64,000 nucleotides of DNA, from contig CAXXVO010000008.1 in the NCBI GenBank assembly GCA_963422645.2, positions 192,001 to 256,000 of the forward strand, in the 5' to 3' direction. The DNA is from Alphaproteobacteria bacterium. Lineage in GTDB: Bacteria; Pseudomonadota; Alphaproteobacteria; UBA828. The notes under the pieces are model-generated. The model worked only from the letters and a program-made list of their open reading frames with translations. It was not told the DNA's origin and searched no databases. Shown piece by piece: positions 53,048 through 63,725 of the stretch. The stretch's first letter is position 1. Each line of letters begins with the position of its first letter. Made by a program: the position numbers and the translations under genes.

Positions 53048-54582
53048 CGGTGTCGCACTGGCACGAAGACCTCGCCGCCCGTAACGAGGCCTTCTGCTGC
53101 CTGAAGGAGCTTCTCGAGCCATCATCCCTCGCAACCACTGTCGTCGTTGCCGTCCGGGAATGGGGGCAGGGGCTGCTGCGATCAGCCACCGCGCTCGCCC
53201 GGGAAAATGCCGCACTCGAGCAGGAGAACGCGGCCCTGCGCGAGCGCATCGCCGAACTCGAGCGCAGCGCGGCCCTCAACAGCACCACAAGCAGCAAGCC
53301 CCCCGCCAGCGACGGGCTCAAGAAGAAAAGCGGAGCCCAGAGGCGCACCCAAAGCCAGCGCGGAAAGTCCGGCGGGCCCAGTGGCGGCCAGCCCGGCCAC
53401 AAGGGAACCACCCTCGCGCGGAGCGACAGCCCGGACCGTGTCGTCGATCACCACCCCTCCACCTGTTCCGGCTGTGGCGTCGAGCTCTCGGACGCCGACC
53501 GGCAAGGCGCGCCCGCCTGTCGGCAGGTCTTCGACGTACCCGAGCCGCAGCCTCTCGAGGTCACCGAACACCGCGCCCATCGCTGCCTCTGCGGCGCATG
53601 CGGCACGCTGACACGAGCCGCCTTCCCGCCGGGCGTCACCGCCCCGGTCCAGTACGGCCCTCGCATCACCGCTTGGGTGAGTTACCTGCTGTACGCCCAG
53701 TTCGTGCCCGAGAAGCGTCTGGCCGAACTCATGAGCGACATCTTCGCGGTGTCCATCTCCACTGCCACGATCGCCGCCATGGGCCGGCGCACAGCGCAGC
53801 GCTTCGAGGGCTTCCTCGACCATGTCGCCGATCTGATCCGCACGCAGGCGCCGGTCAAGCACCTCGACGAGACCGGCCTGCGTATCGCCGCCCGTACCCG
53901 CTGGCTCCATGTGCTGTGCACCCCGTTGCTCACCGTCCTGCGCATCGGCGAGGGACGCGGCGATGTCGAAAAGAACCTGAAAGGCATCCTCGTCCACGAC
54001 GACTTCGCCCCCTACTTCACCATCAAGGGCGTCCGCCACGGCGCCTGCAACGCACATCACCTGCGCGAACTCCAGGCCCTGATCGACATCGAGAAGGAGG
54101 AATGGGCGGCGAGCATGCACCGCCTGCTTCAGCGCGCGCGCAGGGCCGCCCGCTTCGCCCGTGAGAAAGACCGTCAAGTCCCCGCCTCCCTGGTGGCCCG
54201 CATCTCAAGGGCATGGGACCGTATCCTCGAAGAAGCCATCGCCTTCCATGAGGCCCAACCGCCGCTCCAGATCGCAAAGCGAGGGCGAAAGAAACGCCGC
54301 ATCGGCCACAACCTCGCGCGCCGCCTTCAAAAGCATAAGGAGGGCTGCCTGCGCTTCCTCACCGACCTGCGCACGCCGTTCACGAATAACGAGGCGGAGC
54401 GTGACATCCGTATGAACAAAGTGCATGAGAAGATCTCAGGCGGCTTCCGCTCCCTGCAAGGCGCCTGCAACTTCGCCGGAATGCGCAGCGTCATCGTCAC
54501 CGCTCGAAAGCAAGGCTGGAACATCCTGCAAATCCTGGCGCACCCGGAACCGATGCAGCTGATCCCTATACTGCGCTCCTGA
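53044..54582 (+). CDS. IS66-family transposase (element B)
   Basis: Same motifs as the element A transposase (DETG, HDD, NNEAERD); GTGA overlap with the MTase. Confidence 0.93.
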   Translation: MTVSHWHEDLAARNEAFCCLKELLEPSSLATTVVVAVREWGQGLLRSATALARENAALEQENAALRERIAELERSAALNSTTSSKPPASDGLKKKSGAQRRTQSQRGKSGGPSGGQPGHKGTTLARSDSPDRVVDHHPSTCSGCGVELSDADRQGAPACRQVFDVPEPQPLEVTEHRAHRCLCGACGTLTRAAFPPGVTAPVQYGPRITAWVSYLLYAQFVPEKRLAELMSDIFAVSISTATIAAMGRRTAQRFEGFLDHVADLIRTQAPVKHLDETGLRIAARTRWLHVLCTPLLTVLRIGEGRGDVEKNLKGILVHDDFAPYFTIKGVRHGACNAHHLRELQALIDIEKEEWAASMHRLLQRARRAARFAREKDRQVPASLVARISRAWDRILEEAIAFHEAQPPLQIAKRGRKKRRIGHNLARRLQKHKEGCLRFLTDLRTPFTNNEAERDIRMNKVHEKISGGFRSLQGACNFAGMRSVIVTARKQGWNILQILAHPEPMQLIPILRS

Positions 54583-54766
54583 ACTTCTCCGGCTCATCCT
54601 GAGTATCGCTGTCCTCTCATCTTGTTCGCGACGCGGCGTTCATCATCCTCTCGCGCTCAAGAGAGTAGGCACCCCCGCGGCGTGGGGGCGTTGACGCAAA
54701 AGGAACTGGCTTGTTCCATAAGAGAGAGGGGGTACCTGGGCAGTTACGAAATGACTCAACAACGAC

Positions 54767-56273
54767 ATGAGCAATCCCGAGTCGCCGCGCGGCCCTTCGA
54801 CGGGAGCAGCGCCCGAAACGCCCGCGCAGAAGATCGCCCGCCTGGAGGAGGAGAACGCCCGGCTTCGGGAGGAAAATGCCTGGCTTCGGCAGCAGAACGC
54901 GCGGCTGGAAGAGCAAGTCGCGCGTCTCGTCGAGCGCATCGAGGAGTTGGAGCGCCGTCTCGGCCTCAACAGCGGCAACAGCGGCAAGCCGCCTTCGAGC
55001 GATGGGCTGAGGAAGCCGAATTCGAAGCGGCGAACCCGAAGCCTGCGCGGCAAATCGGGCCGCAAGCCCGGTGGCCAGCCCGGCCACAAGGGCAAGACGC
55101 TGCGCCGCGCCGATCACCCGGATCGGGTGAAGGATCACGTCCCGGCTTCCTGCAAGGGATGCGGTTCGCCGCTTTCGGACGCGGCCAGGGCGGGAACGCC
55201 CGTCGCCCGCCAGGTGTTCGATCTGCCCGAGCCGAGCCCCCTGGAGGTGACCGAGCACCGGGCGCATGCCAAGTGCTGCGGGCATTGCGGGACGGTGACC
55301 CGGGCGGCGTTCCCCGGCGGGGTGTCGGCGCCGGTGCAGTACGGCCCGCGCATTGCCGGGGTGGCGGTCTACCTTCAGCACGCTCACTTCCTGCCGGAGG
55401 ATCGGCTGTCGCAGGTGATGGCCGAGCTCTTCGGCGCGCCGGTGACGGCTGCGACGTTGGCGACGATGAGCGAGAGGGCGGCCGAGCGGCTGCGGGACGC
55501 GGCCTTGCACATACAGGACCTGGCGGCGGGCACGGCGCGGGTGAAACACATGGACGAGACCGGCTTGCGGATCGGCGGTCAGACGCAGTGGCTTCATGTG
55601 ATCTGCACGCCGCTGCTGGCGGCGTACCGGGTCAGCGGCAAGCGCGGCGCCCTGCTCTCGGGTGTCTCCGGCATCGTCGTGCACGATCACTGGAAGCCGT
55701 ACTTCGCGATGGAAGGGGTGGAGCACGGCCTGTGCAACGCCCATCACCTGCGGGAGTCAGCAGGCGCTGGTGGACATCGAAGGGGAGGCTTGGGCCCGGC
55801 GGATGCAGCAGCTCCTGCGCCGAGCCAATCGCGCCGCCCGCATCGCGCTGGACAAGGATATCGCCGTTCCGGCGAGGCTTGTGGCGCTGATCGAGCGCCG
55901 ATACGACGAGATCATCGCCGATGCGCTGGCCTTTCACGAGAGCCAACCACCGTTCTCGCCTGGCAAGAGGAAGAAGCGCCGGAAGCGAAGGATCGGTCAC
56001 AATCTGGCCTTGAGGCTGCGCGACCACAAATGCGCGGTGCTCCGGTTCCTGATCGACCTCGAGGTCGGGTTCACGAACAACGAGGCCGAGCGCGACCTTC
56101 GGATGATGAAGCTGCGCCAGAAGATCTCCGGGGGCTTCCGGTCCGCGCAGGGGGCCGAGAACTTCGCCATCCTGCGCAGCGTCATCACCACCGCCAGAAA
56201 GCAGGGCTGGAATATCATCGAAGCCCTGACCAGCCCATCGGATCGGCTCATCGCCACCGTCAAGTGCGCGTAA
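54767..56273 (+). pseudogene. IS66-family transposase (element C), frameshifted
   Basis: CNAHHLRE then a shift near 55757 into the QALVDIE...NNEAERDLR frame. Confidence 0.85.
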
Positions 56274-56582
56274 GCTCACCTGGCACGGGTTCTCCAACAG
56301 CGGAGCCATTCTCATAAACGATCATGGTCGACGCCGTGCTGGACCACCCCATAGAATGAAAATCGGTGCCCGTCGCGCGGGCGGACTTCGGGCCACATCG
56401 GGGTAGCTTACCGGTCGCAGTCCGCAAGAGGGGCATCGTGAGCTGTGAAACCCGGCGACCCCAGAGGAGCACACGGGCGTCGCGTGGGTAGCGTTGTGCC
56501 GAATCCCAGAGAATTTTCACAGCAAGAACCTGGGTAGTTACCTAGAGTCATCCCATTCAATAACGGCAATGCCGGTCCAAGC

Positions 56583-58941
56583 TCAGACTTCCTGACCTCT
56601 GCTGATTTTAGGTGACACGAGCCGCGCGGATTCCGAGGCCCCGTCGATGTCGTAGACTATGCGCAGACGGGTGCCGGGGAAGACCGTTTCGGTGGCGTTC
56701 AGGTCGCTCAGAACCGCATCGATCCAACGGTCGCAGGCGTCGTTTGCGAGGCCAAGAATGTGGACCCGCAGGAGGCCATTGCCAGGATCCGGCAGGATGT
56801 CGGCATCGGCGGTGAGCAGCGCTTGAAGCAGTTTCCGGGGATGGGGCTTGTGGCCCTGCGCCTGCATGACGGGAAGCATCATGCGGGTTTCGGCGCGGTA
56901 GGCGATCATCCGGATGACGTCGAGGAGGAGGCGCTCGCGCGCGGGCAAGGCATCGAGCTGCTCGGCTTCGTCGAGGTCGCCGGCCCGGCAGTGCTTGGGC
57001 GTCTCCCTGCGGCTGGCCCTGACGATGTCGCGGACATCCTGGAGGTCCCTGACTTCCCTCCTGAGTTCCGCCGTCGGCTGCTTCTTCCGGGCCGTGTCGG
57101 CGATGCGGTTGCGCAGGCGGCCAAGCTGGCGGTCGAGGCGATGGATTGCCTTGTCATAGGCCCGCCGCAGCGGGTTGACGACCATGGCGGCGGGATCGAG
57201 AGGCTCGAGCTCGTGGGTCGGCAGGGCGTCGAGATTGAACTCGTCACGCATGTACTTGAAGAAGTTCTCCTGCGACCAGCGCGAGAACATGGCGCCCGCA
57301 ACCTCAGCCATCGGCTTGTGCGGATCGGTGGTGATCAGCGGCACCTGACGGCCGTTGTCGAGCAGGCGGCGGATCTGGCGCACCCTGAAGCCGTTCGGCA
57401 ACGTCACCGGCTTCTCAGCCAGCCGCATGGTGGCGCTGCCGTCCGCCGCCGGTCCGTGAATGGGAACGGTCATCGCGCCGAAGTCCTCGGCCGGCCAGTC
57501 CTCGCCCCTGAAGTTCTTGTGCCAGGTCAGGCAGGCGACGCCGCGCCTCGCCAGCCGGCGGAACAGATCCGGGCTCCAGCCCTCGCGGTCGAAGACCAGG
57601 GTGAGCGCCGGCTGGCCGGGATGCTCGGCGGTCAGGTCCGGCGCCCCGGCGCCAACGATCCCAAGCTCCTGCAGCGCCGGCACCACGTCGGCTTCGATGG
57701 CCGCGACCATCTTCGGGTCCAGCGGCTTGTGCAGACAGAGCAGCGGCTTGCCGCCCAGAGCGTTGATCCAGTAGCTGGCGCTCGCCGGCAGGCACAGCTT
57801 CTCGCGCGAGACGAAGTGCTTGGGCAAGCGCCCCTTGCGGCCGGAGTAGACCTTGACGTGCCCGTCGATGGCCAGCGTCGCCCAGAGCTCCGGCTCGTCG
57901 GCCTTGCCAGCGCCTGGCAAGGGCGAGCTGCCACGCCCGCACGCCGGCCTCGTCGTCGGCGATGAGAGCGATCTTGCGGCGCAGCGTCTTGACCTCGGGG
58001 CAGCGATCGAGGCCGAGAATGGCGCCCCATTCGCCCGGCGCCTGGTAGCGCAGGCTCTCGGGGTTGCGCACCCGCGCCAAGGTCATGAAGGCCAGGAAGA
58101 GCAGGATCGTAGGCAAGCCGTAATAGCCCTTCGGCAGCAATGGCAGGAGACCGGTCTCGGAGAGAAGACCTTCCTTCAGCAGGGCCGGCAGGGCGGCGAG
58201 CACGCCGCCGAAGCGGACACCGCGGGCGGCGGCGGCGAACTGCGGTTCGACCGGCCCCGCCTGTCCACAACTGGCCAGAACCCGAGCCGGAACATCGCAA
58301 GTCGCACGCCCCATCGGCGCCTGCCGGTCCCGCCGATCGCGCGCGCTGCGATCCGTTTGCGGCTGCGCTTCCAGCCCCGGCGCCGTCTCCGGCCCCGGGG
58401 CACCGGTACTCTCTTCATCGACACGGCCTTCAGGAGCCGCACCCGCGTCAGGCGGCGCAGCCAGCGCTGAGCGTCCGGGCTCCCCATCCGCCTCCGTGTT
58501 GCCGATCAGTCCCTGACGGCGCCACTTGTTGACCGATGGCGCTGACACGCCGAGAACCCGGGCCGCCGCAGAGCCGCTCAGGCCCGATGCCAGCAACGCC
58601 GTCGCCTTCTCCGCCAACTCCGGAGTGAACACCGACGGCCCGCGACCGCGCCGGGGCTTCATGAACCCCGCTTCGCCCTCGGCCAGGTAGCGCCGTCGTG
58701 CGCGCTGCACCGTCGCGCGCGAGACAGCGAAAGCGTCAGCCAGTTCCTGCGGCGAGACCGCGCTGATCGCCGCGAGGCGGCCGATCCGCAAGAGCATGGC
58801 CGTGCGGTCATCGGCGGCGTGGCTGTCAAAGGGAATGAGGTTGGAAAAGTAGGTGAAGGTGTCGTCCGAGATCAGGACGGCGAAGCAGCTGTTGCCGATC
58901 GAGACCGCCTCTGGAGGGCACATTGGGAGGGTACTGGGCAT
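56583..58941 (-). pseudogene. Large putative DDE transposase (about 785 aa) with one frameshift
   Basis: Two N-terminal HTH-like segments, IDGH, VFDREG, RWSQENFFK; one extra base near 57904 splits it into two ORFs. Confidence 0.8.
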
Positions 58942-59095
58942 GGTTGAGACCGTGCAATTGGTATCAAATTATAATATCAGACCTCGGGCGCGACACCCAG
59001 CGAAAAACCGCCTGAAACAACCGAAATGTATCAGAATTCAAGGAGTTCCCGGCACGCTGCCCAGAACAGCCAGCATCACGAGGTCAGGAAGTCTG
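56584..59095 (-). mobile_element. Unclassified DDE insertion sequence, full length
   Basis: 16-bp perfect IR CAGACTTCCTGACCTC; AAGCT duplicated at 56579-83 and 59096-100. Confidence 0.9.
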
Positions 59096-60403
59096 AAGCT
59101 ACTATACGTTTGAAGGCGATACCCCATTTTCTGACCCGAGATTAGAATCAGTTCTCGCGCAAGAGATTGTAAGGCGCAGTCCTTACATTTTGTATTTCGA
59201 AGATTTTCAAGATGCTATCCCTGCAAAGATTTTGCGAGTAAGAGGAGTGATGGATTCAATTCTGTATGGTATGAAATTGTTGATGGTATATTTTTCAACA
59301 CGAACCCGAGCTATAGCGTAAAAAAATATCTCGGATATTATTCCAAGAAAAATCCCCGGGATGATGATGCTAGGACGGTCCTTAGGCAAGTCAACAACAC
59401 CCTCCAGGAGACGTTCACGCAAAAGTGGAGAGACTTGTCGGAGGTGGAAGAAATTGACCGGACGGAAATTGCGTTTCAGGAATCGAAAAAGTATTTTGAA
59501 ATTAAAGTTACGGAAAAAGACGGGACCACGTACTCGGTGCATGAGAGGAGCAAAGGGGCCATTTGGTACCTCGCATTTCTAATGAAAACAGAATTCCGAA
59601 GAAAAAAATTACGTGAAGGTTCAGGTAAGCCGATCTATTTGATAGATGAGCCGGCTTCCAACTTGCACTCGACGGCACAACTCAATATGGTAAACAACTT
59701 TGAAAAGCTGGTGGAGGATACCACCGTCATTTACACCACGCATAGTCAATACTTGATATCTCGACGTAATGTGAAGAATACTTATGTCGTAAGTCGAAAT
59801 GCCGGTACCGTTTCTTGCGCCAAGTGGGGAGAGTATATCAAGGGCAAGGACGCGAATGTGTCATACTATCAACCATTGTACGATTGTTTGCAAATCGTAC
59901 CAAACAGCTTTGACATTCCATGGAAGAGGGCAATTATTACCGAAGGTCCGTCTGACGCTTCGGTTTTGGAACTCATGCAGGTGATTCTAGAAGAAGAGGT
60001 TACCCACGTTATCTATCCTGGTACGGGTGCATCGAACTTGTCCACGCTAATTTCCTTAAATATCGGTTGGTCGGCAAGTTTCAAAGTGCTATTGGATTCA
60101 GATTCTGAAGGTAAGAAGCAAAGAGAGCGGTACATAAAGGATTTCGGTTTGCCCGAGTGCCAATTCGTTATGCATTCAAAGAAGCGCCGTGAGATAGAGA
60201 AAATGTTTGATGAGGAGGAGTTAATTGAGCTTTACAGATTTGCATTTGAGGAGCAAGTGAAAGCAGTAAACAAGAAGCAGTTTCTTGAACTCATGAGAGT
60301 GCTTCTGGCAAAGGCCGGAACGGACAAGGATCAAATAGCATCACTAATCGGAGATTCCACAAAGGAGAGATTCAAAGAACTTCTGGAAGCTCTCAGGGTG
60401 TAG
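59096..60403 (+). pseudogene. C-terminal part of an OLD-family ATPase-TOPRIM nuclease
   Basis: AT-rich; YLIDEPASNLH (Walker B), YTTHS, ITEGPSD and LLDSD (TOPRIM); no Walker A; indel in a T run near 59231. Confidence 0.85.
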
Positions 60404-60542
60404 TAAATGTGAAGGTACCATGGATAAGGGAATCCTTGATTGGTGGGAAAACGTCTACACGGGGCGGATAGTCCTGTAATTTGGGTGTGTGCTGTTGAAG
60501 GGCACTGGCAGGCAACTACGGTCTCACTACAGTAAGGGGAAA

Positions 60543-60618
<76 letters not shown>

Positions 60619-60662
60619 GACGCGGCGGCCGGCGATCCTCAGGCCGGCCGAAAGGCGGCCGG

Positions 60663-60691
60663 ATCATGCGGCGGCACCCCCACCCTGTCAA
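60663..60691 (-). promoter_or_regulatory. Putative sigma70 promoter of tRNA-Ala
   Basis: TTGACA-N17-CATGAT on the minus strand about 45 nt upstream of the tRNA. Confidence 0.6.
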
Positions 60692-60855
60692 GCGAGCACC
60701 GCCGCCCTGCCGCTCGCTTGTCAATCGATCGCCGAATCCCGACAGTCCTATCGCATGGGCAGGATGCATCGTTGGGTCGCCATCGGCACAGGAATTGGCC
60801 GGGGGCCAGCCTCCCCGCCGTCGAGTCCTAGCCAACTGCTCCCGCCGGGCGGCCG

Positions 60856-61347
60856 TCAGCCATACGATCTCCAGACCGGCTCTATGCCCTTCTCCCGGAG
60901 GAAGGCCTCGGCCATCGCCTCGATTTCCGCATCCCGGAAGTCGTAGAAGGCGCGGATGGCGTCGTCGTCTCCGACGTCTCTCTTCCATTTGCCGATCGAA
61001 CCCCTGTAGGCGTCTTCCGCCCGGTGCCTCCTCCCTTTGTCGCGGGTCCAGTCCGACATCAGGAAGCGCCTGAGTATCCGATGGTGATCGTCGTGATCGA
61101 GGCCGGGAATCTCCAGATAGCGCGCCGGCTCGGCCTCGATCGCCTGGCGTCCCACGCGGTTCTCGTCGGCGGGTATGCCGGCCTCCATGTAGGCGTCGTC
61201 GTCCGAGCCGTAGAGCCAGACGATGTCGCCCGTCTGCCGGTCGAGGTAGATCAGTTGCGGCACGGTGTCGTGGTAATCCACGTCGCGGCCGAAGGCCATC
61301 GCGAAGAGTCCCCGGTCGATGCTTAAGCCGCCGTCACCGCCTGCCAT
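60856..61347 (-). CDS. UPF0158-like protein
   Basis: YLDRQTGDI, RYLEIP, C-terminal FR...IE..AE.FL...GI pattern. Confidence 0.65.
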   Translation of the reverse strand: MAGGDGGLSIDRGLFAMAFGRDVDYHDTVPQLIYLDRQTGDIVWLYGSDDDAYMEAGIPADENRVGRQAIEAEPARYLEIPGLDHDDHHRILRRFLMSDWTRDKGRRHRAEDAYRGSIGKWKRDVGDDDAIRAFYDFRDAEIEAMAEAFLREKGIEPVWRSYG

Positions 61348-61385
61348 ACGCGTGACCTTTCCTCTCTACGACCCAATTACACGAG

Positions 61386-63266
61386 CTACCTGGGCCCGGC
61401 GCGTTCCAGTGCCTCTGCGGCGGCGAGCCAATCGCTCTCGGCTACCGTCTCGGCCCGCTTCGCCTCCGCCAGATCCTTGCCGAGCGCAGCGATCCGCGCG
61501 GCATCGTTGTCTTCCGCCGCCGAGGCGAGCGCCGCCTGCAGGGAGCGCTGTGCTTCCTGGGCATGTGCGATGCGTTGCTCCGCCGCGGCGTAGGCATCCT
61601 TGAGGGGCTTCTGCCTGGCCCGGAACGCCGCCGCGGCCTGCCGCGCGGCCTTGCGTGCGGGCGGTGGGCGGCTCTCCCGGCCCTCGTCGTCCGCCCGCCG
61701 CGATCCCTCGCCGCCCAGGATCTCGGCACGGTAATCGGCAAGATCGCCGTCGTAAGCGTGCACCGTGCCATCTTGCACCAGCCACAGCCGGTCTGCCACG
61801 AGCTGGACCAGATGCATGTCGTGCGTGATCAGGACCACCGCGCCGTCGTAAGCCTCGAGCGCCTCGACCAGCGCGTAGCGGCTCTGGATGTCGAGATGGT
61901 TGGTCGGCTCGTCGAGCACCAGCAGTTGCGGCGCCCGGCTCGAAATGAGCGCGAGGTTGAGCCGCGCCTTCTCGCCGCCCGAGAGGGCTGCGACCCTTAC
62001 GTCCGCCTGCTCTCCCCCGAAGCCGAAGGCGCCGAGGCGCGCGCGGACTCGGTCGGGCGCAGCATCCGGCATGAGCTGCGCGAGGTGGCTGAACGCCGTG
62101 CCTTCGGGCTCCAGCGTATCGATCTGATGCTGCGCGAAGTAGCCGACCGCGAGCCTGGGCGCCCGCGTCACGGTGCCTCGCTCCGGTTGCAGCATGTCCG
62201 CCAGCAGCTTGGCGAAGGTGGACTTGCCGTTGCCGTTCGCGCCGAGCAGCGCCACCCGCTCGTCGGGGTCGATCCGCAGGTTGACGCCGCGCAGCACGGG
62301 GCGGCCCGGCTCGTAGCCGACCGCGACGCCTGCGAGGCTCATCAGCGGGGGCGCGAACGCGGCAGGCTCGGGGAAGGTCAGGTCCGGTGTCCGCTCGTCA
62401 GCCACGATCGGCGCGTCGGCGAGCTTCGCAAGCGCCTTGAGGCGGCTTTGCGCTTGCCGGGCCTTGCTCGCCTTGTAGCGGAAGCGGTCGACGAAGCCCT
62501 GGAGATGGCGCCGCTTGGCATCGACGCGGGCCTGCTGGGCGCGCGCCGTGGCGAGAGACTCGGCATAGGTCTTCGCGAAGCGCGTGTAGTTGCCGGGGTA
62601 GAAGGTCAGGCCCCGGCCCGCCATGTGGAGGATGCCTTCGGGCACGGCATCGAGCAGGGTGCGGTCGTGGCTCACCACCAGGAGCGCCCGGGGATAGCGC
62701 TTGAGATGGTTTTCCAGCCACGCGGCTGCCTCGAGATCGAGGTGGTTGGTCGGCTCGTCCAGCAGCAGCAGGTCGGGCTCGACGAAGAGCGCGGCGGCGA
62801 GCGCGACCCGCATGCGCCAGCCGCCGGAGAGGTCCGCGAGCGGCGCCTGTTGCATCGTCTCGTCGATGCCGAGGCCGGCGAGCAGGCGCGCAGCACGCGC
62901 CGGCGCCGCGTGCGCGCCTATCTCCGTGAGCCGGGCCTCGATTTCGGCGCGGCGCCCGCCCTCCGCGCCCTCCGCCTCGGCGATCAGGGCCGCGCGTTCC
63001 CGGTGTGCCGCGAGCACGGCAGCGCGCGGCGTCTCCGGCCCGCCCGGCACCTCCTGATCGACCAGGCTCACGGCAAGCCCGCGGGTGCGGAGGATCGCGC
63101 CCTCATCGGGCTCGAGTCGGCCCGCGATTAGGCGGAGCAGGGTTGTCTTGCCGCAGCCGTTGCGCCCGACCAGCCCGAGCCGCTGGCGTGCGCCGATCTG
63201 CGCGGTCACGCCTTCGAAGAGGAGGCGCCCATCGACGCGGTAGGCGATGTTCTGCAGGGTCAGCAT
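61386..63266 (-). CDS. ABC-F family ATPase
   Basis: Two ABC domains (GRNGCGKTT/LSGGW/DEPTNHLD and GANGNGKST/LSGGE/DEPTNHLD), no TM; start MLTLQNI. Confidence 0.95.
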   Translation of the reverse strand: MLTLQNIAYRVDGRLLFEGVTAQIGARQRLGLVGRNGCGKTTLLRLIAGRLEPDEGAILRTRGLAVSLVDQEVPGGPETPRAAVLAAHRERAALIAEAEGAEGGRRAEIEARLTEIGAHAAPARAARLLAGLGIDETMQQAPLADLSGGWRMRVALAAALFVEPDLLLLDEPTNHLDLEAAAWLENHLKRYPRALLVVSHDRTLLDAVPEGILHMAGRGLTFYPGNYTRFAKTYAESLATARAQQARVDAKRRHLQGFVDRFRYKASKARQAQSRLKALAKLADAPIVADERTPDLTFPEPAAFAPPLMSLAGVAVGYEPGRPVLRGVNLRIDPDERVALLGANGNGKSTFAKLLADMLQPERGTVTRAPRLAVGYFAQHQIDTLEPEGTAFSHLAQLMPDAAPDRVRARLGAFGFGGEQADVRVAALSGGEKARLNLALISSRAPQLLVLDEPTNHLDIQSRYALVEALEAYDGAVVLITHDMHLVQLVADRLWLVQDGTVHAYDGDLADYRAEILGGEGSRRADDEGRESRPPPARKAARQAAAAFRARQKPLKDAYAAAEQRIAHAQEAQRSLQAALASAAEDNDAARIAALGKDLAEAKRAETVAESDWLAAAEALERAGPR

Positions 63267-63370
63267 GGCCGGCCGGATTTCTGCGCCGCCCGCGCCCGCG
63301 ACGCAAGGGCGGCCCGCGCTCCAGGATGTGCGACAATGGCGGTGCACCAATGAACGAGAGGGAGCGCTCC

Positions 63371-63703
63371 ATGTTGATCGTCGCCGTCGTTTTCGAGTTC
63401 GTACCCGGCGGGTTCGACCGCATCAAGGCAGAGGTGGTGGATGCTGTCGAGAACTCGCGCAAGGAACCCGGCGCCCAGATCTACGACTGGGCCATCGATG
63501 TCACCGCGCCCAACCGGGCCATCATCTTCGAGGTGTGGGACGATCAGGCGGCGCTCGATGCGCACTTCACCCATTCCTACATGGATACGCTGGTCGCGGC
63601 GCTGAGCGCGGCCAACATCCGCGGCGACATCACCCATTACTCGGCGGAGATCTACGACGTGAGCGGGAAGCGCGACATGGGGTTCCGGCTGCCGACGGAA
63701 TAG
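63371..63703 (+). CDS. ABM-domain (putative quinol monooxygenase) protein
   Basis: SRKEPG...Y, FEVW.DQAALDAHF; GGGAG RBS. Confidence 0.85.
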   Translation: MLIVAVVFEFVPGGFDRIKAEVVDAVENSRKEPGAQIYDWAIDVTAPNRAIIFEVWDDQAALDAHFTHSYMDTLVAALSAANIRGDITHYSAEIYDVSGKRDMGFRLPTE

Positions 63704-63725
63704 GGCTCTGCCGGGGGAGGGCACC

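Larger units (their letters stand above)
52240..54747 (+). mobile_element. IS66-type element B, complete, carrying a DNA methyltransferase
   Basis: 19-bp IR GTAACT(A/G)CCCAGGTACCCC; 8-bp TSD GAAATGAC (52232-39, 54748-55). Confidence 0.95.
52137..56541 (+). mobile_element. IS66-type element C (transposase only), with element B nested inside
   Basis: Ends GTAACTGCCCAGGT / ACCTGGGTAGTTAC; flanks not duplicated. Confidence 0.85.

Noticed and set aside
56400-56411. GGGTAGCTTAC as an alternative right end of element C
   Set aside because: It is a poorer IR match than 56528-56541 and gives no flanking duplication.
57895-57925. Programmed frameshift in the unclassified transposase
   Set aside because: No slippery heptamer is visible; a single extra base explains it.
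35328-59095. Composite transposon bounded by the two inverted copies of the unclassified IS
   Set aside because: The outer flanks differ (ATATT versus AAGCT) and the right copy has its own duplication, so it inserted independently.
52382-60403. MTase plus OLD-like nuclease as a restriction-modification pair
   Set aside because: The MTase lies inside an IS with its own TSD that interrupts the nuclease gene, and base composition differs.
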